A stretch of DNA of 60,331 nucleotides, filler included, from Sphacelaria rigidula (Eukaryota), in assembly GCA_964200075.2 (NCBI GenBank). It is 9 parts of 9 records of this genome, joined end to end, with 100 filler letters (N's around TTAATTAATTAA, not from the genome) between each part and the next. Parts side by side here need not be neighbours in the genome. Positions count along the whole stretch, not along the records: positions 47,004 to 53,617 come from CAXNAA020019054.1; positions 53,718 to 60,331 come from CAXNAA020019055.1; 7 more parts are not named here. One strand, written 5' to 3'. Numbering within the stretch: the first letter of the stretch is position 1; every line of letters starts with the position of its first letter. This document shows positions 49,650 through 60,331 of the stretch, piece after piece. Below the pieces are notes generated by a model. That model was not told the origin of the DNA and did no database searches. It was given only the letters and a program-made list of their open reading frames with translations. The position numbers and the translations under genes are program-made.

Positions 49650-50950
49650 AGGCCAAGCTAGCCTGGATGAACGAGTTAGGGTCAAGAGGAACAAAACAAA
49701 CTTGCATGGCAGACTTCATGTAGCGTTGCAGAAGCTGCCGATGAGCGCATGTAATTTGTCTGTTGCTGGGTACGACGAGTGTATAGGTACTCGGGTTTCA
49801 GTAGTGGTGAGATAATCACTTGTACAGCAGTACAGAGTACAGTACAGTATGTGTGGTTTTCTGCCTTCAGGTCAGCAGAGCCACGATGTTTCAGCTGACT
49901 GCCTGTACATACTAAAAAGGCTATGTAAACCATGCGATGTACACAAACTTGCATCTTTGACCAAATGCTATTTTTTGGAACCAATGTCACGTCATTTGCT
50001 TTGGTGGAATCCGCCATGTGCTGCTCTGCTCTGTGGGGATATGTACAAATGACAATCTCACGTATCATGAGGGAATGCCCTTTCACCCCGGCTTGTATAG
50101 GACGAGTTCACCGATGAAACACGGCCGTCTTGTGACAGACGTTTTCGAGACAGAACCCAAGGCATGCCCGACGCTGCTGGTCCTGGTATCCAATTTTCCG
50201 TACTCTCGTTCTAGCACGATGTCAGGTACGCCTTTCACTGCAGATGCGTTGGTATGTGGCGGCCACAGCTGCTGTTGTTGGTGTCCTCGTGTTGTTGTCT
50301 TCGTAATGGTGGTAAACGTGGGGTGGCAGCTCGGGGGCGTTCGCTTCCCCAGTAGTACAGCAGCTGAACACTAGTGCACCAACAGTTTCCACCCACTGAT
50401 TTGGAGCGAGTTATCCGGGGGGGAAATATCATCTCAATACCGAGCACTCACAGGCTTCAAGATATGTACCATGTTAATATAGTACATTTCATATGAACCA
50501 GGTCGTTGTTTTTAGGTGACGCGTGTAGTTTTGGCTCACCTACCACAGGTAGGGGTCACTCAATGTGACATGAAATATCTTCGCGATTTTGATTGGCAGC
50601 TGCACAGTCGTCATGTGCTCGTTTCAACTCTGTGTACAGTACTTTGATCTCATCCCACTTCTGTGCAGGCCGGAACACAGCATTCAGCACTACAACTGTT
50701 CACGCACACTCCAGCAAACATTCCACTGTGATCGTCGTAGAGTGTGTAGATGCACAACAGCACAGCGATGACTACAGCGAGGAAATGATGGGTGTGGGAA
50801 GCGCCTTGTTCGTTTGACTGGAGTGTCCATAGACCGCTGCGTGCCGACAGCATTATTTTTCGAAGCGAACGCCATGATAGAAGTAAAGTAACTAAGGCAG
50901 TCAGTCCCGGCGGAGACCAAGCCGTCTTCGAAACGGTTTGGATGCACCAC
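49650..50950 (-). pseudogene. Possible second decayed spliced Plavaka-like transposase
   Basis: Ordered fragments PPGLTALVTLLLS, VHILKP|GT, QDQQRRACLGFCLENVC, NSIWSK, DKLHALIG. Confidence 0.25.
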
Positions 50951-53852
50951 AGCGCAGCGACAGCTACAGCGCAAGAAACAGCGCATGAGTGCGTTTGTGC
51001 TGCGACACAGTGATACAGAACATGTCCCATGCGAGAGTTCTTTCCCTGATTTCGGATGGGCTCGATTTTGGCAGAGAGGCGGTTTTCAAACGCTGGGCCA
51101 ATTTATTTCACCTTGAGCTATCTCCCTGCTTGCTGCGGCCTTGCCTGTTGCGGGATCGGATGATCAGCGTTACGGTAGCTCCCTTGCGGGATTGGATGAT
51201 ACACCATCGTTGTACTACAACTTGTCTGCTGTCTGCTGTGCGGTATCTGTATGTGCAGTAGATTTTACGAGTTGTCTGCTGTCTGCTGTGCGGTATCTAT
51301 GTGTACAGTAGGTCGACAAGATTTGGGCCGTTCTCCGGCAAGGTAAACTGGTCAGGATCAGCGGGGCTGACAGCGAAAACGCACGGCGGGTGATCCGCGT
51401 CACTGTAGCCGGTAAACTTCCAACTCCCCGCATTGATGAAATCTTCGACTCCTTAGGGTGTCTGCTGTGTGGTATCTGAGTGTACAATAGGTGATATAAA
51501 GCACGACACTGTAGGCGTGTTCAGGTTCTAAAAAGTAACACTGCAAAAACTGCAGAACTGTGCTGTGTTCAGTGTACTACCCTGTACTCCATATAATGGA
51601 GTCACGTTTTGGGCAGTTTTTGAAAAGTTCTGCTTGTTTTTCTGTCACAGAAATCCAATGCCGAATCTGGGATGGCCTGGGACAACAACCAACTTGAAAA
51701 TTGGAATGTGGGAGGAGTCACGTTTTGGGCATTTGTTTTTCAAGTTCTGCTTGTTTTTTTTAAAGTTCTGAATGGTTCTTAGAATATATTCTAAAGAAAA
51801 CGAGGCAGGTTTCTGTCACATCCAATGCCGAATCTGAAATGGCCTGAGACAACAACCAATTGGAAATCTGGGAAATCGCCCCAACAAATATACCAATGCA
51901 TCAACAATGAGAGTATTGGCCCCGTGATCGCGCGGACCCGGGGGGCGGGGAAGCAAGAGAAAAAGGATTTTGGGCTTTATCGCTCTCAAATAACTCTGAT
52001 CCCAGTTTTGATCATCCAAAGGCAGTGTTTATCGAGCACCAAGTTCGATTCTACCCAAAACGTGCAGTAACTGACATGATATTGGCCTCCCCATGACCGC
52101 ACGGTGCTGTCGCTTTGGGTATGCAGCAGCAGATCCCATCGTCATGGTACAGAAGAGGAGAGCAATTCGCATTCAAGACTTAAGGTGGAATACTGGCAGA
52201 TGTATTTTCAGTGGTTAATCGTATCATTAACAAAAACAAAACAAAACAAGAGCAAAAGCAAAAGCAAAAACAAAAGAATAATAATAATATTATAAATACC
52301 ATTTCATGGGGAGAAACTGATACCGACCATTGTGTTTGTATACATGTCCCATAACTTGTCCACGATACATACTTTGCACAAAATCGCGAGTGGGGCCTGC
52401 ACGAAATTATCATATTTCCATGCATATATTTTCAAGTCATCGCTCATTTCGCCGACGATCAGGGCCTGATTTAGCGGGTATGGAGCAGACAGTTGCCCTG
52501 TGATGAGCCGCTGCGGAACCCCCCGTCCCCCCCCCCGCGCCCCCGAATACGTTTTTTTCGTTCACGTATTTCTCTGTATCGGAAGTTGTTTGGTGAAGTT
52601 CTCATGGATTTCAAGAAAACCTCTTTGCACTTGAGGAAAACATGTTGCTCGTATGGGAAAATCACGCAGGGGTCACGGGGTAACACACGTTGAGATCTGA
52701 CGCAGAGCTTCGGGACGATCATGCATAGAATTTTGAGTCTCATCGCCCTCGAAGACGCAACTTCATAGCTCCAGTCGTGTCAAGCATCCTCACGTGATCC
52801 AAGTGTATCTGTTTCGACCCTTTAAGCACGCACCTCGGCAGCTCCGCGTCCAATATTCGAAGAATTCTCATGAAAAGAAGACAGTTTGTAGGTGAGCAAT
52901 AGCGGGCGTTAGATCTACTGTGCTTCCGCTGCGAATGTTCGTACGTGTTCGCTTGGACCCTGTTGAGAATGGATGCTTTGGAGAGGGTAAACGCGACCAT
53001 CACAAACTCCGCCTTGACGGTTGAAGGATCACGTCGAAAGTGGGAGGTTCAGGTCGAAGATAGAAACGTATACTTGAATGCTGAGCCTTCAACTTGAAGA
53101 CCTGACGCACGAAATGAAGAATCGACGAACTTGGAGTTGAACGTAAGAGTTTCAAACCTGACCTTCAACTCGAACGTTCGATATTAACTCGACTTATACA
53201 CACGTTGAAGATTCAAGTTCATAGCTCTTGTCCCCAACGTGAAGCCTCAGCTTCGAAACACCTTTGACTTGAAGGTGACGTTCAAGGTGATGCTTCGATT
53301 TCAACGCTTCACCTCAAGTCATAATAATGACGATTAGGGTTCAGATAGTCCTTGACCAGTGGTGGAACACTTGATTTAGGTTTCGGTGCCACAAGTATAA
53401 CCCCTGCTAATATATTACATATGAACAGAATGTGCCTCAAACTCTAATTAATTACCACCACTGTATCGAGGGAGGTTAGACACCCATGAGGCAGTGTATA
53501 AGCCGTGGCTGCCTCTGGAAGTGGCGATACCGGACAATAAAGCAACTCATTGTAGGTTGTCATCCAAATGCCAGATACTCAGTAGGCTCTGGGCTGAACA
53601 ATTTTAGCAGCATGCAGNNNNNNNNNNNNNNNNNNNNNNNNNNNNNNNNNNNNNNNNNNNNTTAATTAATTAANNNNNNNNNNNNNNNNNNNNNNNNNNN
53701 NNNNNNNNNNNNNNNNNGGTCTCAACGAGTAGAGCAAGCCATTCCAAGGCGTCACCATCCGCCTAGCCCTCTTTTCGGGCGTAAATAGACAGAGAAGGGC
53801 CCAAAAGACACGTTTCGACAGGAATTTTGAACGGCTCCCATTAGAGTTGGCC

Positions 53853-54059
53853 TAAGACAGGGCCTTAGCACTTTTTCCTCGATCAGTCGATTTTTTTTCG
53901 CCGATCTAATAGATCCACCGCATTTGTGTTCCTTGAAGGCTTCAGCTCAAAATCATAACTAGCGGCGCACGGAGAAGAATGCAACGAGGTAAAAAACAAT
54001 CGTTGTCGATCGAAAACATGCGGTCTAAAGGCACGAAGCGGCACTTGACTCCTGTCTTA
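53853..54059 (+). mobile_element. MITE (Tourist/Harbinger-like)
   Basis: Termini TAAGACAGG / CCTGTCTTA; homologous to 44735-44952. Confidence 0.75.
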
Positions 54060-55349
54060 CAGACTACCACGCCAAATAACACCTGTTCACAGGACCATGC
54101 AAACTCCATCGAACTCATTCTCAGCTACCACCGCAACCCTGCAGCATAGAGCACGAGTTGAGCACAGGGATATGTACACTGCAGTAGTCGGGTATGCTTT
54201 GTTAATTTTTTGTTGGCAACAACTTGCGCATCTTGGTGGGCATCAGCGACGGAACTGCGTGGTACGGTGGGCAGCCGAGTTGCGTGCACGCTCATGGACA
54301 GTGCAGGCAGTACAAAGCTGCACGTTGCTGACGTCCATTTCACGTCGCACTGTAAGCAGAGAGAACTGATAGTCCTGGGCTATCTGCACTGCACGTTGCC
54401 CGCTTCTCCTATATATCCTCCTGCACGAAACACGCACACATACATTGGAGACGCCCTGCTTGTAAGCAAGTGTAGACAGTTACAGAATGTCTGTACTGTA
54501 CACGAGTGACCATATACCGTTTCACGAATTTCACCTTCCTCGATCGAAAGCTTGAAAATCCATCTGGACCCAACTGCATCAAAACGAGAAATTTTCGCTC
54601 AAATCGATTCCACCGCCGCATTTTTTCGATCGAAAAGAAAAGTGCTAAGGCACGCCCTCAGCTCTCAACCAATCGGAAGGACAAGCAACAACAACAAAAA
54701 ATCACCGAAACCGCCAGAATCACTCTCACTCTTACTCTCACGTCGCGCTCTCACCCTTCACCTTCCTTGTCTCGGTAAAACGGGCCCCTACGACGTACCT
54801 CATGCGCGTCCCGTACCTGCCGCAACTTGAGCCACGCTTGTTTGGCGAATGATCGTCTCAACTAGCTGTACTCGCACGTGGATCTGTATGCCAGACGTAT
54901 CACAGTACAGTTCCTCCGATGAACAACACCTTTCAGATGTTTGGGACGCTCTTGTGTCGTTGGCACTGTCTACTCGACAGGTCTGGAAAGTCACTACAAT
55001 ATTGCGAGTGCTACCCCTCGTTCGACGACGGCAGGGAGAGGTGTTTTTATCAAGCACAGATGACAAAGACTTGTGCATATACACCAGAGCGTAGAATTGA
55101 GATGCATGATTGATGATGGACGTCAGTGGTCGGTACTACCGTTCGCCGCTAATCAACCAGCTGTTCGCTGTATCGCTACAATCGTAGAAAAATCTTGAAA
55201 ACGCACATACTGTTATGTACTGACTTTCGATAATCACGCAGGGATCGATTTTGTGATACATTCCCGACAACGGTTATGCCCGTGAATGGGTCCCGATTTT
55301 GGGGTACTATACAAGCTGGGCCGCCCAAGATGCGACCAGGAATGTTGAA

Positions 55350-55632
55350 ACGCGAGTCGTGCGCTCAATTTTGGATCGTTTACCGATGAAATTTTGACAC
55401 GATGTACAGGATGCATGTGCGAGTACCCGACCTCTCCCCCCCCCCCCCCCCTTTTTTTTTCGTGAGTTATTGGCAATTTTGTTCCGAGAAATGTTCTGAA
55501 ATGTTCCGTCCCCAATAATTTTTGTAGGAAAGAAAAAACACAGGGGGAAAGGTTGGGTCTTCGCACATTCGTCCTGTACATCGTGTCAAAATTCAATCGA
55601 AAACGATCCAAAATTGAGCGCACGACTTGCGT
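55350..55632. mobile_element. Foldback MITE, with a diverged second copy at about 55725-55990
   Basis: ACGCGAGTCGTGCGCTCAATTTTGGATCG...ATTTTGACACGATGTACAGGA inverted at TCCTGTACATCGTGTCAAAAT...CGATCCAAAATTGAGCGCACGACTTGCGT. Confidence 0.8.
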
Positions 55633-57509
55633 CATTCTGTCGACAACCGGTTCAGTTAGTATATGGAGATGGACCAGCCACGAATCATTCAAACGTAATT
55701 ATGCTGCTCAACTTCAAGTTATTTCAATGAAATTTTGACATGATGTACAGGATGTATAGTGCAAAGACCCCTTGTCACCCTCCTTGTTCGTCTCTTCTTT
55801 CTTCGTGAGTTATTGGCAATTTCGTTCCGAAAACCTGTTCTGAAATGTTCCGTCGCCAATAACTCACGGAGAAAACAAAAACAAGAACAAAAACGCGGCA
55901 GGAACGAAAGGATGTTCGCACATACGTTCTGTTCATCATGTCGAAATTTACTCGAAAACAACTGAAAATGAGCTCGGGAATCGTGTCGTTCTCTCGAAAT
56001 CCGGTTCCTATGTTGAGATGGAACCTCAGCCGGAAGTTCGCCTTTGACTTTTCTTCTACTTTCGTCTCGGAGGTCTTCACAAACTGCTCGTTGGTTCGGA
56101 TACTTAAACCAGACGCCTCGGCGCGCTGGGGACCTCATCTGCGTGCCATCTTGGATACTGCGCGCCTAGCGCGATATGTGTTGTTGTACGACCGCAGCTT
56201 GTGCGGCACCACGCGGCACAACCGACTGTAACCGAACGTCCAATTTCAGCCGTTTTCTTTTGGCTAATTCCGACGCACATGGTGGCCTCAACTTTCTACA
56301 CTTTCGCCACTTGACTACAGTTTGTTATTTCGTCTGATGATACCTTGTCGGATCGCAGTGCTACATGGATTTGACGACGCACGCTGATTTGCCGATTACC
56401 ACGATGTGTCGTAGTAGGCACAACTCGCGATATATCGTCAGTTAGAACAGGCTCAAGGAAAATGAGCTTCCAAGGCGGCCGGGCCCAGCTTGTATATCGG
56501 GCACATGGGCACCGACCAACTACAGTCAGTTGTATCCGGAAGAGATGAAACCTACAAGGGTCAATCAGTATCATCACAAGTACACGCGTCACCTCGAAAT
56601 GACGACCACGCTCATACAAATTGTATACTATTATTAGGTTTTTGCTTTTTATGCGGATTTTTTTTTGTATGCGTTTCATTTAATCATTTTTGTACAGGCT
56701 GATTCACGGAAGAAACCCCAAATTCTGCCATCAGCAAATGCCTTCTGCAATACGCATCCAATAGTCGCATACGTGGTATCATACTGACCGCAATGAACAG
56801 ACGAAGAGGGTGGCATAGCCGGATTTTTGTTTAAGGCTATAGCGGTGGCGCTATGGATAAAAATGTGTCTCGACCGATCAGCGCCTTTCAAACTGTTCCG
56901 GAACTGAAAATACGAATTCCAAGCCCAATTTCCACCGAATCTCCCCACGCTTCAAATCGTAGTGACCGTCATCACCTCAAGAATCTAACGGGAGAAACGG
57001 ATTAAAAAACGTTGCCAATGGGGTCGAATTATACCCGTAACCGTAATGTTTCGGTGATGTGGAGGTTGGCGTAGTCTAATTTACACTCATGCTAGTACGA
57101 AAGACCCACAGAGCCTCGTGACGATTTCCCTTATATCTGTTGTAGGGAAGCGTAGATCATCCTCAAACTTGGCAGTTCCGTAGGTATTGATGCTCCAAAT
57201 GGAAAAATTGTGTTCTTGGCAAGGGTTCAAAGTTTCTCCGTTCTCTACCGGCTCCCGGGGGTCCCAGTACAAAGACCCCCGGAAGGCGGTACAGAATGAC
57301 TCGAAATTAAAAAAAACATGGTGGGCCCCGGAATGGTCCAAGAAACACATGTACGAATTTTGGTGGAGAAATTCGAAAATCTCATAAACTTTTTCGTGCC
57401 TTGACGTAAAATTCACCCTAAAAGATGTTTTCATACTCAAGCCAAGTAGTTAGGAGTTTGCACGTTTTAAGCTCACATCCTCGCACAAACGCGCAAATAT
57501 TCACGCATT

Positions 57510-58170
57510 TATTAGGAGTTAGACCCTGAAACTTTGCACAATTATGCTATGAATCATTACACAAGTTTCAATCAACGAGGTTTTTCTAATTCTTGAAGTG
57601 TCTACCGTTTTTCGGGGGTCCGACGGGATCCCAGTCGTTTTTTCGAAGTCATCCATTCTGGGACCCCGGAAAACCAACACTACGGTCTTTTTTTCATTTT
57701 TCTCGCGAACGCTCTGTCGCCGCAAAACCCAAAGAAGAAACCCACAAAATTTCGTGGCCAAACTCGATTAACTGGTGCTTGAATTTTCATGTTCACGTCA
57801 ACGAACGCCCCAAAACGCCATATTTTTACTAAAATCTAGTGGTTTGCCGTTTCACCGTGGCACGGCAAGGTTCATCACACAAACGCGAAAAACTTCACGC
57901 CGTGTTAAGGAGTTAGACCCTGAAATTTTGCACAACTGTGCTGTGGGTCTTTACGCAACTTTGTATGGACGAGGTTTTTATTTTTATTTTTTTACCGTTT
58001 CACGGGGGTCTGACTGGATCAAAGTTTCCCCGAAAAAACTGGGACCCCGGAAAAACAGTGAAAAAAGTCCGAAAGTAGAAAGAAAACTCGACCTTGGAAA
58101 GTTGCGTAATGATCCATAGAATACCTGCGCAAAATTTCAGGGTCTAACTCCTTGAAACGGCGTGAAGTTT
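57510..58170. repeat. Duplicated and inverted repeat of the GGAGTTAGACCCTGAAA family
   Basis: AGGAGTTAGACCCTGAAA at ~57513 and ~57908, inverted copy at ~58130-58152; related to the MITE at 18112-18390. Confidence 0.7.
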
Positions 58171-59199
58171 TGCCGATGAGTGTTTTTGGGGATTGTCCGC
58201 GAACCGACCTGTGTGCTCAAAGGTGAAAATTATGTGCCGATTTATGCGTATTTTGGTTAAATATGCGCGACTCACGCGCCTTTTTCGCGCCCTTTCTGAG
58301 GCGGTTCCTGGCGGCACCCCTCATGGAACGTATCTTCCAGCATGAAAAAGAAATGCGCATAAAAAGCAAAAGCCTACGTCTGATGTGATGAAATATGATG
58401 CATGTATTTTTTTTTTATCAGTTTCACACGAATATAAAGTATTTTACATATAGCACAATAACCGATATCAGACCCGCAACAAAGTAAATAAAAAAATCAC
58501 CACAAATGCCACGACTCGACGAGCCACGCCACAAGGAGCACCCGTGGGCAGCTACTAGCTGCTGGGCATAGGGTGCACAATCCCGTTGGAGTACTATATG
58601 CGCCAAGCTATGCGTGAAACTTATTATAGCTTTTATGCCCTCGTTGTGCTGAAATCTCGAAAAAGGTGTTCAAGAAAAGAACATAAGGTTATGCGCAAAA
58701 CCCCGTTTTATGCGAAATTATATGCGAGCATAGGAAACCAAGACCTAATTATTATTGCACATTCTACAACACACCTGTGATTGACGTTGCTGTACACCTG
58801 TACACAGGGTTACAACAACAGGAGGATAAAAACTGCTGCTTGTGTTGTTGTGCCCCTCATAGTGCAGTATGTTGTCGTGTCGATCCTTCAACGCGGTTTT
58901 GTCGGCAACCAAGCAGAGGATTGGACTGCGGTTTGATACGTGCGCTTGCCACACACCAGAACTAGTCAATGTTGCGGCGGGTTTTCGTAACGCGTGCCGC
59001 AGAGGCCGCAGCACTCCGTAGACCGCCGAAATGTACTTGAAAACGTGTTTCCTTGAACGTTCTGGGGCCTTTCGGGTCCGCCATGGCGAATGGAGCAAAT
59101 CCGTCCTAACACTGATTAGGTCTTGAGTGTGTGCGGGGGGCTGTGAAGTGCCATAGGCCGGTTTGCTTGCTGTCTCGAGAAAGACGCGAAGAAAAAAGT

Positions 59200-59570
59200 T
59201 GTAGCTGTCACATACTAAACCTAAGTAGTTTGGAATGGAGCGTGTGTTCTGTTCGGCAGAGATTCGGCGCAGGTCCGACCAGTCTATGACGTCTTCATCA
59301 TCCCTCCGCGTTTTTTTTTTCTCTTTTGCCCACCGATTTTTGGTCGCTAGGACCCCCATTGACGGGCATAACTGTCGTCTCGTAGGAAATCCAATTGTAT
59401 GGTCACTGCCCAAAGAGCTCATCGATTTCGCCACTTTGTTGTTACTTGAGTTATGAAGCGCAAACTCCTTGTAGCGTAATGAGCAGGGGGCTCGCGACAT
59501 TAGGGAGCAAGGTCGTGTCTTGGGTGCGTGGTTGCAGTTTGGAGGTGTTTCATTGTGTCTACAACCGTCC
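59200..59570 (-). pseudogene. Possible hAT transposase relic
   Basis: Fragments DTMKHLQTA...LRFITQVTTKW and DWSDLRRI in different frames resemble the hAT V.TRW and EW..L motifs. Confidence 0.25.
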
Positions 59571-59792
59571 CTTGCCAGCATCTGGCGTGAGATAGTGATT
59601 TCTGCCTATCAGGTGTCGTACTCGAGGGAATAAGGATCATTTGGTGGTTCGAGTATCTTCGGGCTTTCTCTAGAAGGCGCTGTTGCTTAATTTTGAGGCA
59701 CATGAACAGCGTGCAGCCGCGCGCACACACACAACTGTTCCGCGTTTGACCCCGCAGTGATTGTGTCTGCTGCATCGCGCCGGACGCTTCCC

Positions 59793-59794
<2 letters not shown>

Positions 59795-59829
<35 letters not shown>
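59795..59829. repeat. (TG)n microsatellite
   Basis: About 17 TG units. Confidence 0.95.
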
Positions 59830-59830
<1 letters not shown>

Positions 59831-60331
59831 GACTCAAATTCACAGCCCCAAGTACTTCAAAAAGGTCAAGATTTCCCCTTCAGCTGCCATGAAAATGGTG
59901 AGCATCAAGTCGGCAGATGAGCGATCTTGTTTACGTGAAATGTTGTCGTTCTCGACGCTGGGACATTCGGTGCCGGCCCGACTAGATCTGGTACTAGGTG
60001 GTTGGTAGAGCGATAATTCTGAATTTTGTCTGGAGGGGGTGCTGATATCGGATGGCAAATAAGTCGAGCTGTCGATTCTGGTGATGATATTGAGGTCATC
60101 AGCGGCCCAAGTGTGTGCACATTATGGCTCTGCATACTCTAGTATGCGCAAGTTTTACGTACTTGACTTTTGACGCGGCCGAGAACTAGCCGTGGACGAG
60201 CGTGGCATGTAACAACAATTACTACGATAACCAGCATGACTGCATTCTTCCCTCCCCTTCTTACCCCCCCCCCCCCCCCACAAAAGAACCTGGGCAAGGG
60301 GGGCACCATGGTGATGGTGGGGGTTTTCATG

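Noticed and set aside
51215..51495. Repeat-spacer pattern TGTCTGCTGTGCGGTATCT
   Set aside because: Only three degenerate copies with irregular spacing; a simple local duplication
58745..59581. 278-aa ORF as an intact gene or tyrosine recombinase
   Set aside because: No convincing catalytic motifs; the hAT-like fragments fall in different frames

Overview
Eukaryotic, intron-rich and repeat-rich DNA; gene structure and repeat content suggest a stramenopile, probably a brown alga (inference). It is not one locus. Nine contigs of 6614-6615 bp are joined by artificial 100-bp N/TTAATTAATTAA linkers, so nothing can be inferred from adjacency across linkers. Host genes, all partial: SPT6 (6 exons, - strand), a ZNFX1-like SF1 RNA helicase (9 exons, +), mitochondrial SDHA (4 exons, -) and one orphan exon, possibly ITFG2-like. 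Mobile DNA: a decayed Ty1/copia element with an extra ORF after pol, tRNA-derived SINEs and many MITEs (Sola2-like with 4-bp TSDs, piggyBac-like ends, foldbacks). There are also decayed transposase-like relics (CxC4/KDZ-like inside TIRs, Plavaka-like, hAT-like) and a USP-like protease relic. The most unusual signal is an abundant ~100-nt repeat bounded by poly(C). Its stems are conserved between copies, with stem-preserving changes and strand-biased G-U pairs, which suggests a structured-RNA-derived element. All protein family calls are by-eye motif recognition; no searches were run.
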